64,000 bases of DNA from Ostrea edulis. Its lineage: Eukaryota. A program made the translations under genes and the position numbers. Each line of letters opens with the position of its first letter. Within the stretch, counting starts at the first letter, position 1. This document shows, piece after piece, positions 51,224-63,237 of the stretch. Location of the stretch: the NCBI RefSeq assembly GCF_947568905.1, contig NC_079169.1, positions 21,700,001-21,764,000 on the forward strand. The letters run 5' to 3'. The notes under the pieces were generated by a model. It did no database searches. It saw nothing but the letters and a program-made list of their open reading frames with translations, and was not told the DNA's origin.

Positions 51224-54200
51224 ATGTCTTTAGAGTCCGATGCACGTGCAGCATCATGCAGAAAGGCGTTGAAGGTGGCGGTCAGTGCCCTTGTTTCGGA
51301 AGTTGGTTTTGAGAGAGCAGAGGAGGCTGCTGTGGAGACCATGACAGAGATGTTACAAAGCTGTGAGTTTTCATTTTACTCGACTGATTCACGATTTGCC
51401 CCAAATTTTGTTTTTCAGTTTTAATGATCAAAATCTACCGTCTAATGTGTTTAAACGACCCCAAAATAAAATCAAGGCTAAACAGTATGATAGAAGTTCA
51501 TTTATTTAGAGACTTTAGTATTTGTGTAAACAATGTTATTGACTTATTGTTTACAAGGGTTTGAAGTATTCTTTAGGAGAAGTGTGCCATTCAAAAGCTG
51601 AATTTGTGTCTGTGCAAATTCAGCATGCTTTAGATTACAACTGTCTGTAGTTTGTTTGTAAAGATAAACAAGGCTCGATTCTTGTTTCCATAGCACAGGG
51701 TTAAGGCTAAAATATTGCTCATTAAAGGACACATATCGTGTTTTCAAAGTATACAAAATTATATGCATTTTGTCTTCCTTATGCTTATAGAAATTAATTG
51801 TAATAGTTTGTTCGCTGAAGTATTGCGATAATTAGCCACAATACGGACTTAAATCTAAGCCCCGATTTCAAAAAGCCTAGTTAATTAGATAGGTAGTCAC
51901 GTGGTACAGTGACGTCATATGCGACCTTCGTCGATCAACTTGTTGTAAAAGTAGTGTTAGATATTTTTTAAAACTCGGGTTTTAGGGGCCTAATAAATTT
52001 ACCATGGATAACATTTATTTCGATGTTAACAAATTTCCCGAGTCTTATATCTTTTAGCCACCAGTGCATACAAATAGCGGCCCAAATGTAGCGAGGAAAG
52101 CGAGTATGAAATCTGCGAGTAAATAATGTTTACATGGGATCACTGTCTAAACACAATTTGGTAATGTCATTTCTGTAAAGAACTGTAATTAGCGTTGTTG
52201 CTTTTTGAAAATAAACAGTGCAATTATTATTAAATTTATTTTGGAGAAGTTAGATCTAAATTATGATACGATTATGTATCATTGACAACTAGGCCTACTG
52301 TCACGGGTGCATTTCGAGAGAAAAAATAATAATAAAAATTATCAAACTTATGGTAAAAATCCCAATACTTTTAGATTATTTTATTCAAGCAATTTTATTA
52401 ATCATTATTTTTTTGTTATCTACACGTTGTTACTTAGGAAGTGGGAGCACGGCGTGCTGTACGTTGTTGTTAACACGTGCGTGTTCCTTAAAAAAAAAAT
52501 GAAAGCATTATAATTCAATTCAAAGTTGGGAAATATCATATTTTATTATTTATAATTGAAAGTTCAATTATCTTTTATCTTCAAATTTCTTTTTTAAAAC
52601 TACCAGTTGGTAGACACTGCTAGCGAAGTTCTGCCTATATGGTGTTACAAGGTGAAGGTCAGTTGGTGCGAGTGTGTATTGAATTTGAGAGCAGAACGGA
52701 AAGCATAAGCCGTAGGCCTATATGTAACAGTGGGTAGCTTCGATAGAACCATTTTCTCGCAGTTTATCTACGTCTTTGTCCAAGTGCTTGTTTAAAAAAG
52801 TACAGGGACAAATTCTACTGGTTTTTTTATGGCAAAGTCGTTGTGCCGACAAAAAATATTCACGTCTTGTCCCTCATACCTTCCTTCAAAAATTGAAAAA
52901 AACACAGTCCAAAGCCTCTCTACTGACAGCAAGTACACCCTTAAACGGCACAAAACACCCTAATGCAGTGTTATTTACAAGCCGTTAATGTGATAATTGT
53001 TTGTTTGTCAATTAAATCTAATCTGTTAATGAAATGGCCAACAACTGTTTTCAAATCTTCTCGCTCGAGGTCGCATATGACGTCACAGATAATGGCGCGT
53101 AAAATATCGAAGAAAATATGCATATCGCAAGATTTGAATTTCATCGCTTTCAAACTCGAAAACTACGCAAACTGTTTCCTTTAAAACACATGTAAAGTAG
53201 TTTTAGGCATGAAATGAATTAATTTTGCAGAAAAAATTAAAAAGTTTAAAAACATGCGATGTGTCCTTTAAGAAGCATGTTGGTTGTCAACTTTAAATGA
53301 GATATACTATTAATGCTTATCAAAATGTGAATCAGTCCCCTTAAAAGTAGATATAATCAAGTTCAAGCTTGTATTTAATGTTGATAAGCAGTTTATGTAT
53401 ATGACAAGCTGGTAGATTTTACTGAGAAGTGCAGCAGAATGTGCGAATTCAAATTTTATCTATGTTGTAGTGTTGAAAAATCGGGAAAATTCGTAATCAA
53501 TAATCGGTCATAATCGGAAAAACTGTATCGATCAATGATCGATATAATCGGTATTTACATGTAGTAAATAAATGTTTATTATTTTTGGGGTTATTTCTAT
53601 TTAGTTTTAGGGATATGTGCAGTATACACACTAGCTGGTGTCACTGAATGCCCACTTTTCAATGTGGAGTCCACTCTGACTCTCCCCTGCACATGTCTCA
53701 ATATAAAAGCAGGATTAACAATCAGATGAATCTCGGATTAGATAAAATTAGTGTATAGGTGACAATCGATTATGAAAAATAGAATCGATAATCGGAATCG
53801 AAGAGCCAAAAATGATTGACAATTGATTGTCGGCGACAATCGTTTCATCACTACTACGTTGTCATGAAATCACTACATTTGAAAAATTTCAGAATCCCAT
53901 ATTTAAGAGTATTTTTTGAACTCACATAATCATGAAAAGGGATTTTATCCACTTTCTTCTTATGTTCATATATCAATGTTTAGATTTTATGCTAATCTGA
54001 AGAAAACAGGGGGGAAATATCCTTTGAAAAAACATGTCAGTGCTCTTGCAATCAGCAGATGGTGAAATGATTGCATCATTATATCATGGCAAAACCATCT
54101 ACATGAAATTTTATATAACTTCCCTGGGAAATTTTAAGAAAAGGGACAATGTATGATAAATGTCTTTTTGGTTCCTGTATATCTTCAAATTTTAAAGCTT

Positions 54201-57200
54201 CAAAGAAAGACTCAATTTTCTTTAATTTCATGAAAGAAATCATATCCAGTACAGATTCAAATAATTTTACTGTGATATTTGCAATTCTTTAGAGTATATA
54301 GCATCAAAGTTAAGCTATTTCTGAGTTTTAATTCAATTTTGTTAGTTTTTCTTAGTTATTAACATTTTTCTTTTAAAAAACGTAGAGTGCATCTCTGGAC
54401 AACCAAAATTTCTTTTGTTACACATCGTTGTCACATGTAACTTGCATTTATAAATAACAGTCATAAATAGCTAAAATGTTGGCAAAATATCATGTTTAGA
54501 AGCTCTTATCATTTGTAGTCCATTAAGGAATAGTGTTTTTTGAGGGGGGGGGGATGTATTTGATTAATTCATATTACAGACTAATTTTGTAAGTTATTAT
54601 TTTTTTCCAATATATATATGTAAAACATTTAAATTTCAATCATATTTGAAAATAACTTTAAAAAATTATGATGTTTACAAAACTTAGAGAATTAGGCCTT
54701 ATCACTTAGCAACAGAGACTGGTGGGTAATATTATCAACCTGCTGTTCCAAGAGGAATGTTGAAGATGAATGGAACTCTACGTATAATTTCTATGTTTAG
54801 GTCAATCCAAAAACATGAAGTTGTCATATGCACACTAAATGTTAGAATACAAAGAGAGATAATTCACGTTTCCAAACAGGCCTATAATTTCCTCTAAAAT
54901 ATACATATTTTATATACGAAACCAATTCATCTGGTGTCAATTTCATTCATATCATAGTACTTAAACCAGAACAGAAACCAATTCATCTGGTGTCAATTTC
55001 ATTCATATCATAGTACTTAAACCAGAACAGTTTTCTGACAGTTAAACATTTGTATGTATTGTTAATTTTTGAGTAGATTTGATTCATACTGCTTTGCATT
55101 ATTTGAATAGTTTTATCTGAACTTGGACGGAGTTCCCAGACTTTTGCTGAGCTGGCTGGCAGAACAGAGGGAATGATGACAGATGTTGTTATGGCTCTTA
55201 TAGAAATGGGTATGGAATCTAGATATTCAATGTAATGTAAAAACCTATAGTGGACCTGTCATTGAGTATTTCTGATTGAATTCATAAATTATTTAATTCA
55301 ACTGCACAATTACAACTGAAGAACAATATGCCATTTTAGCTCACATGAATCTTCAACATCAGCAGTGTTAGGTTTACTGATCAAGTTTTGTCTGGCATCA
55401 GGGTTTCTGACATGTAAACTTTTATTCTCCTTCTCTAGATGCATTGGGCAAATTTCAGCCAAACATACTATAAAGTCAAGTCAGTGTCCTTAATGGTACA
55501 TGGGATTCAAGTTTTTCAAAAAAAAGGCCATACTCTTTCCAAAACAGATCTACAAAAACAATCTTTTGAATTCTACTGAACCATAAAAGCTAAGACTTGT
55601 GTAAAGTTTCCTTGTAACTATAACAAAGTTTGTACAAACCATGAATCCTAGGTCCAGGACCCAACTGAAGTTCAACATTGGACATATGATGCCTGGTATG
55701 TGTCAGAAAAAACTTAAATGAACGAAAAGTAGCTGTTCCTGATTCCAAGCTATAGTCCTGTTTTACTGTAAACTATAAAGATAAGTTTTTGTCAAAGTAG
55801 TATTCAGCCCTCATGTTGTGTAGAATATCAAGTTTATTAACACCATAACATCTGGGACTAGACTAGGGTCACAATATGGTTTTGAAGTTTTATATGTGAA
55901 TATTTAGCAAAATTTGAAAAAATATCAAGAAACACCAGTGTACAATATGTCCAGTTGTTTACAGTGTCTACCGCATGGACAGGATGTGGCCATGATTGGG
56001 ATTTAATGTTTGTCTTGGGGAAATGCTGCAGCTCCAGTGAATGATGTGGTCTGTGGGCCTCTTGTCTTTGACTCTGTGAATGTAATAACATGAACCTTTA
56101 TTTCAGGTCAGAATCTCCATGGTTTACCTGCATACGCCAGAAGGGCCAATAAATCCGTATTCCTACCTCGTGAGTTTTAAAGATTATTGAAACCTAAGTT
56201 TTATGCAGTAACCAGTGACATCAGATGAAGTCATGCCTCAATATTTCCAGTCTTTCTGTGCCCCTGAGATCTAAGATGACATCAGATAAAGTCACACCTC
56301 AATATTTCCAGTCCTTTTGTGCCCCTGAGATCTAAGATGACATCAGATGAAGTCATGCCTCAATATTTCCAGTCGTTTTTTGCCCCTGAGATCTAAGATA
56401 GATAGGGAGGCATATCAGAAAAATGTTTTCAAGGAATTCAAGACTTTTGACATCTAGTACTTTCAAAATTGGTTGATTTCAAGGCAGGGCTATTTTTTTA
56501 TTGGGGGGGTGGGGGGGGTGGGGGGGCAGTATTGAGTAGTTTCATCGTCTAAGTATATCACCTTGAACATAGGTGTAATTAGTTCAGTGTATTACATTGT
56601 ATAAGTAATTCAATGCATGCTAGTCAGGAGACGTTTCACATACAAAATAATACTTTATGACCACCTTTATATTTACATTTCACTAAGAATTTGAATTCTG
56701 TTGTTGACCCACTTGGTAGATTATAACAGGCATTGTCACATGATATGCTAGTCATATGATCATTATTACATGTTGTTCAGAACAGAGAAACATGTCAGCT
56801 ACATAAATGTGGGGACCAGATTTTTCTTTTACAAAGAACATGGTACTGTAAACCAAATTTTATTTGCGACTACTTTATTTCACGACTTACCAATGATGAA
56901 CTGGTTCATGGCGGCTAATTTTCGCGACTGACATTATCTTAAAGAAATACAACAGACATTAATAGACTGGCTCACGGCGAGAAATATTCGTAATGATTAT
57001 AGGTTCTTGCTATTCTAGAGAAAATTTCTTGTTCCCAAAAAAAGTTGCTTTACAGTATTCAAGATGCAAGAGTTTAACATATACATGTAACTATTTAACT
57101 TATACCTGTTGCTTCAGGATCATTCTGTTTGACAAACATATCTTGTACAGTATCAACAAACCTAATCACTAGATTAGAACTATTTTGTTATATTTATGAT

Positions 57201-60200
57201 GAAAACATATATTATATTTTCATTTCCAATGTTTTGCCTTCATTGAAATGACAGCCGTATCCTCATGAATGTGAACAATATGTGTATTAAATCTTGATAA
57301 ATATAGTCCGTCTCTTCTAATGGCTGGGAATTCTGACAGAAATGAAAGTAAAATTTAAATATAAAAAAATTGATTTCAGTTTTGAAAATGCATGAGGGTA
57401 TGAACAGCAATGCATCACGCCAGCAGACTTTTCATGAAGTATCTTGGTGTGCATCATGCCAGCAGACTTTTCATGAAGTATCTTGGTGTTCATCACGCCA
57501 GCAGACTTTTCATGAAGTATCTTGGTGTTCATCACGCCAGCAGACTTTTCATGAACTATCTTGGTGTGCATCACGCCAGCAGACTTTTCATGAAGTATCT
57601 TGGTGTAAAGCATTGCAGTTCATACCCTCATGTATTTTCAAAAATGAAATTTATTTCTTAAGTAAAATTGCATTAATGTGATAATGGAGAACTGTTTATT
57701 ATTTGCTGTTCCAGCCTCTCATTGCACCCCAACACCCATGCCCAGAACGCTTCAGGCTGGAGATAAGATGCCTCATCCTTCACATATCCCGGAGCACATG
57801 CCAGCGTTCCCTGACCCTCATACCTACATCAGGACATTGGTTAGAAAACCCCATTCAAGTTTTAATAACAATATTAAGAGCAAACTCAGTTAAAGCTACC
57901 GGTAATATACCGCTATTTTTTCTCCCTAGATTGAAACGGGTAATTTGATCAGAAGTAGGTGAAAATTATATTTTGATAATTATCATGCGTAACACACTTA
58001 AGAAAATTGTAATGAACAAAAACTATAAGATATGTACAATAATTTTGTGGAATTCGAAATATTTATATAAGCATATACCTTATTTTATGAAAAATTGCAA
58101 CATTAGTGTAGAATCATTGAAAAAAATTGAAACCCTGAAGAACTCAAACTGATTCCAAAACTATGGAATGCCCTTCCAGAACATGTAAGGGACTGTAGAA
58201 CACTGTGTGCATTCAAGAAGTCACTGAAAACACATTTTTTCTATCAAGTTTTCCAGGACTAGTTTCTATCATTTCAGTCATTCGTGTAGGTTAGATTCTG
58301 TGAAAAACTGTGAAAACTAAAGACTGTGTGTCTTAGCTTTAAAGTACCATTTTGTGATGTTTTATAAAAAATTTAAAAAAAGAAAGGAATTGTATGTTTT
58401 AATGTATTATACCTGAGACATTATATAATGTGTGTGCGTGTGTGTATTTCATTATTATTATTATTTTAATACGCCCTGAAACTGATGTTTATTCTTATCT
58501 AGCATATTTATGGTATCTTGTGTTTTCATGTTTTATATGTACAATGAGGATAGGTACAGCTTTTAATGTTTTATTTATTTTCTATGTATTATGTGTATAA
58601 CATTCTGTTGTAAGGTATATATGCATTGTAAAGCACCTTTGAGCGTACATAGTGTATGAAAAGGGTGCTATATAAATATGGTATTATTATTATTATCGAT
58701 AGCCTTGCAGCCTTATGCATTAATTCACCGTCCTAAGATAACTAGAGAACAGTCTTTGAAAATACTAGGAGAATCCTTCATTGCTGGTGAACATGAGTGT
58801 GGGATAGGGAAATTCCACCACAGGGACAAAATAAACGTGAATCTTTGTCAAATCCTGGACAGCCAATCTTGTTCCCTATCCCACACAAGTAAACCATGAA
58901 GGATTTTTCCAGTGGATTTATTCAGGAAATATGAGATAATTCAAAATTGTCAAAATCCTTACTAAATTGACGAGCAGAGATTTCATGCCTGAAATTATGG
59001 ATAAACCCAAGACTGTCCCATGAAAAAGCTATTTTGTGGTGCTGTCTTCCAAATTAGATCTGGTGAAATAACAAATCCATTTTGAAGAAAGTAACACAGA
59101 GTATTTCGCTTCACTATGCATTTCATGTAATGTAAGGTATATAGAATACCTCATAATCAATAATGCCGTAGTAGTGTAAGATTTACATTGATAGAAGCAT
59201 TCATTATAACGGAGTGCAAGATAGTCTAAATGCACCAAGGAGACAAGATTTACAGTAGAGGACGAGGTTTTGCCGAGTCCTAGACCATAAATATTGGTCC
59301 TGAGGTGGGAAGGATTACTTTTCTAACATTTCATCCATGGGTTAGTACTTTAATTCTGGAAGTTTGAGAAAATAAGTTCAAAATTTTCAAAATTCTCATC
59401 TGAAGTTAAATGCATAAAACTAATTAGACGGTCAGAGTATAACTAAAAATTGTGTACATTTTTTATTATTAAGGGTAAATATAAAAACCTCAAGGACTAT
59501 ATCAAATTGAAATTTGAAGAAAACAATTTGTTTTCACCATGTAACATGAATCGTAGAAAATACATGATATGTCATAATCAATAACATCGAAGTGTGCAAA
59601 ATCTCACATGGATAATGTAGGTCTCACACTGATGACAATGTCAGTAGATTCTAACTTGGCTGTCTCACATGGGTAATGTAGGTCTCACACTGATGACAAT
59701 GTCAGTAGATTCTAACTTGGCTGTCTCACATGGGTAATGTAGGTCTCACACTGATGACAATGTCAGTAGATTCTAACTTGGCTGTCTCACATGGGTAATG
59801 TAGGTCTTACACTGATGACAATGTCAGTAGATTCTGACTTGGCTGTCTCACATGAACAATGGCCATCTGACTTACCCTGGTGATATTTTCAGTGTAGGTC
59901 TCACACTGGTGACAATGCGAGTAGATTCTAACTTGGCTGTCTCACATGAGTAATGGCTATCTTACCCTGGTGATATTTTCAGAAAAGAGAAATGCATTAA
60001 ATGTACACACGTTCATTTACATATTTGTGATGTAAGGTACTTGCTTGTGAAAAATTGTGTCATTTCTCATTAAAAATCTTCATTGCAGTCAATCGCTGAA
60101 TGTAAAAGTCATCATTGCAAGTAAATGTATTTGAAAATACCTATTGCTCTCTGCACCTAATATATTTAAGTCTAATAATGCATCATCAGAAATTGTACCC

Positions 60201-61117
60201 TTCGTATTTGTGTTGCAGTGATCTTTTTCTGTCTCAGTGTTGACTTTAGCTGTATTTTTCTGTCTCAGTGTTTACTTTAACTGTATTTTTCTGTCTGTAC
60301 AGACACAGAAGGCCCCAGTGAATGAGTACCAGATAATAAGGGAAAAGGCTGCCTCGCAGAAACGAGACGTTGAGCGAGCTCTGACGCGCTTCATCGCCAA
60401 GACGGGAGAGACACAATCACTCATCAGGGATGAAGCCAATCTATTTCCATGTAAGCTGATTGGTTTATACTGAGTAAATTTTATCAACTCTTTTAAAGTT
60501 GGAAATTTATATACACACATCAGTTGTATGGCTGCAACTGTAAAAATTCTTGATACAAGTGAAACAAGTGTTGGATCAGGTCAAAACAGTAGTGTATTGA
60601 ACCCAAACTCTTATTTCTTCAAATTGAAAACGCTACCTGCAGAATTTCAGTGCTATTTATTTTGATTAATCTCTGCTGTTTTTTTATCAAAGGACCAAAG
60701 ACATTGATTTGTTCAAAGTACATATGTAATTGCGATTAAGACATTGATTTAATTACAGTAATTGCAATTAAGACATTGATTTGTTTATAGTGAATGCAAT
60801 TAAGACATTGATTTGTTTACAGTAATTGTGATTAAGTCATTGATTTGTTTATAGTAATTGCAATTAAGTCACACCCCTTGCCGTACCTCAACGCCCTCCT
60901 CCCTAAGGACCAAGACCTTCTGGCTCAGGAAGAGGACACACCTTCCACTGCAGAGGAAGCCTTACCAAAGTCTGCTATGGGGGGCGCCAAAGAGGGGGAC
61001 CCCACAGAACAGGAGGGGGAGATGCCCGACCCCGAGGCAATAGATAACCCATACCTAAGACCCGTCAAGATGGCCAGGCACCGCAAAAAGGCAAGCGGAG
61101 GAATAGATAATCGGTGA
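51224..61117 (+). CDS. TAF8: transcription initiation factor TFIID subunit 8
   Basis: Exons 51224-51362, 55111-55209, 56107-56169, 57715-57839, 60303-60450, 60855-61117; GT-AG, phases 1,1,1,0,1. Motifs GFERAEEAAVETMTEMLQS, LPAYARR, HIPEHMPAFPDPHTYIRT, REKAASQKRDVERALTRFIAKTGET and IDNPYLRPVK match human TAF8. Confidence 0.97.
51726..53267. mobile_element. Kolobok-type non-autonomous DNA transposon
   Basis: TTAA|AGGACACAT...ATGTGTCCT|TTAA (TTAA TSD, RR...YY termini); subterminal inverted motif gtgacgtcatatgcgacct / aggtcgcatatgacgtcac. No transposase ORF. Confidence 0.8.
53468..53853. mobile_element. hAT-type MITE
   Basis: TIR TAGTGTTGAA/TTCATCACTA; 8-bp TSD ctatgttg (53460-67) / ctacgttg (53854-61); internal AATCG subrepeats. 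Confidence 0.85.
54919..55030. repeat. 56-bp direct duplication
   Basis: gaaaccaattcatctggtgtcaatttcattcatatcatagtacttaaaccagaaca x2. Confidence 0.9.
55335..55700 (+). mobile_element. degenerate Helentron-type (HINE-like) element
   Basis: Starts ttttagctcacatga and contains ggcaaatttcagccaaac...gggattcaagtttttcaaa, like oyster Helitron-N cores (recalled). Confidence 0.5.
56217..56400. repeat. 61-bp tandem repeat x3
   Basis: gacatcagatgaagtcatgcctcaatatttccagtc...cccctgagatctaagat at 61-bp period. Confidence 0.93.
56846..57055. mobile_element. Tc1/mariner-type MITE
   Basis: TA|CTGTAAA...TTTACAG|TA, same termini as 41073-41290. Confidence 0.72.
57221..57660 (+). mobile_element. unclassified hairpin-loop repeat family, copy C
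   Basis: 34-bp inverted arms (57380-57413 / 57610-57643, 2 mismatches) enclose five 39-bp units, each containing TTCATGAA. Confidence 0.8.
58150..58696 (+). mobile_element. 3' end of an L2/CR1-group LINE
   Basis: IPKLWNALPEHVRDCRTLCAFKKSLKTHFF* (ORF2 C-terminal motif), then a 3' UTR ending aaaagggtgctatataaat...(att)n. Confidence 0.8.
59608..59950. repeat. 61-bp minisatellite, about 5 copies
   Basis: gggtaatgtaggtctcacactgatgacaatgtcagtagattctaacttggctgtctcacat. Confidence 0.93.
60221..60302 (+). repeat. about 30-bp duplication of the TAF8 exon 5 acceptor region
   Basis: tttttctgtctcag occurs twice before the functional ttttctgtctgtacag|ACA. Confidence 0.8.
60699..60870 (+). repeat. 32-bp tandem repeat x4-5 duplicating the TAF8 last-exon acceptor and exon start
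   Basis: taattgcaattaagacattgatttgtttatag units end in AG at 60758, 60790, 60822 and 60854; the exon starts TAATTGCAATTAAG. Confidence 0.92.
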
Positions 61118-62442
61118 AATAGATTTAAGAGATGTGTCCATGTCTTTAAGTCTGAGCTGTTTGCAGAGGAATACACTGGCAGTGTGAAAGAATAATGAAG
61201 AAAGCAGTTCTTGGCTGTTGTGAATTTCATAGCAGAGAGTGCTGAACTGTGAAGTTAATAATGGCATGCATTTGTCAGTGGCAGGGAAGTGTTTGGATGA
61301 AAAACAAAGTTATCATCATTAACTATGGAGTTTCCTTTTGCAGTTTGAAAGATTTAGTTTTAAATTCATTTAAGGATTTTTTCCTCTGGATTTTGATCTA
61401 CAAGTGAATTATTCGTCTGTTTTGTTGATTAATGTATAATGTATTTTGAGTTTATGATTATGTAGATCCTGCTATTTTGTGCATGAAGACATTTGGAATC
61501 AGCAACAATTTATTTTATTCGAGTGTCTCATAAACTTTGAAAATGATTGAAAGGTGCACCTGAAATGTACCAGTATTGTCAGTGAAAATATGAACCACTT
61601 CAAATTACAACGTCCTTATGTTTTTAGAACTAAGTGGATGTATGGAGAAAAGTAAATAGGTGATAGCTGAACAAACATTAAAATTGTCCGCAATAAAACT
61701 TGCAGAAATTGTTATTGTTTGTAAAGACATTCTTAGGAGGATGGCAACGAAATCGGTGGTAAACTTGAGGGTAGTCATAGGTCAACTGAGCTCAAAATGA
61801 AAAATGTTTATTCACAGCATAGAAAAGATCAGTATGCCATCTATAAAATAATTGAAGTATGTTGACATTTTTTATGTCCGCTGTAAATCTCTCTGCAATA
61901 ATCACTTTCATTTGCGGTATACATACGATACCAAATTATTTTGATAGATGAAATCTATACGGGTGTAAAGTCAGTGTCATTCTTTGGGTTACAGTAACTC
62001 CTTAATCAATTTAATTCCAAGTGCAATGTGAAAATCAAACACGGAGAAAGTATTTAAAACGAAACATTTACATATCTTATCTGTCAGTGAATAGGGTAGG
62101 TTTTAGTTGATATACAATATGTGTACTCGGGGCTTTAACGACTTCGCTTATCTTAGTTATGTGTTTTCAACTTGAAAAGGAATGTCGTGCTATGCTAAAA
62201 AAAAAAAATATTCCATGAACAGTCCATCGTACTCTCCATTTATTCCGTTCTGTAAAATACACAATTAAAACATGGCTATGATAAATGGCTCTACGGTTGT
62301 TTTAGTTATTTTACGACTATTGGAAAGCTGCACAGTAATATTCCATTGCGTAGTTCGGAGTTTACTTCACTGTTTAAAACTGCTATAGTATTCCATAAAT
62401 AATTTCACTTTGGCACCAGGTTGTTTGAAGTTCCGGGAATCT

Positions 62443-63237
62443 TCACCTTGCTGTATCTGATCCTATTAAAGGAGCTATCCTGTTTTGGTCCAAACCTGCA
62501 AATCCTGCTGCCATCTCTATAAAGTTAATCGCTATATCGGCACCCGTTACCACCATCAGCACTAAACTTAAGGGGTCTCTTTTGTCCTGAAAATATAACT
62601 GAAAGAAAATAAAGCATGCCGTAACGGTGGCTGTCAGCTTGAAATATCCTATCAAATACACCACTCGATCCGCCTTATGCTCATATCGTGAAATCAAGAA
62701 CGTTAAAATTAATGCTGCCACAAAAATGAAGGCGAGATAAGCCAAGAAAACGTTCCTCCAGTGGTCATTCATAAAAGTGAAGCCAGTGTTAATCCAGGCC
62801 ATAGCAATCTGTGCGGCATCGAACCCGTAACCAATCCACATACGGAAAATAAAAATCCTTGCCGCATTGCTTTCGCCGAGTTTATACACTCCAATGCAAT
62901 ATAGAGTATCCATGACTGTAAACTGTGCGAGCCTAATTAAATTCCATAGTCCTTCATAATTTTCTATTGTTTCAATCAGGCAAGACGTTTTTAATCCACA
63001 CGGCGGTTTGATTTTTGGAGGTGTTTCGACTTGCGCTATGTCTACGAGACCTAAACATAAAATCTAAGGCTCTGTTTACATAGGTGTTTAAATGCTCCGG
63101 TGGTACTGAACTAAATATCTCTGAACATTTAACATATTGAATACTTTTATCGCACAATTACCTTTTCCGAGCACAGTAGTAAAGTTGTGGTGAATATTTT
63201 GTCTGCATGGAATGGATTCCGATGAACCATTACACAT
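62443..63237 (-). CDS. orphan multi-pass membrane protein, at least 227 aa
   Basis: Exons 63237-63162 (AAG|GTAATT) and 63050-62443 (tttag|GT), phase 1, 111-nt intron, continuous frame. About 4 hydrophobic helices. The true start may lie further upstream. Confidence 0.65.

Noticed and set aside
57317-57681. Repetitive ORFs (HHASRLFMKYLGV)n and the ORFs on the other frames
   Set aside because: Produced by a 39-bp tandem array in a TAF8 intron; no spacers and no splice support.
59608-59950. Hammerhead ribozyme array (repeated CTGATGA)
   Set aside because: No GAAA after a stem II and no stems I/III; ordinary 61-bp minisatellite. Other CTGATGA sites (3373, 38892) also fail.
60858-61267. Overlapping alternative-frame and antisense ORFs at the TAF8 last exon (likewise 30922-31146 over RIPOR)
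   Set aside because: Shadow ORFs of GC-rich coding exons.
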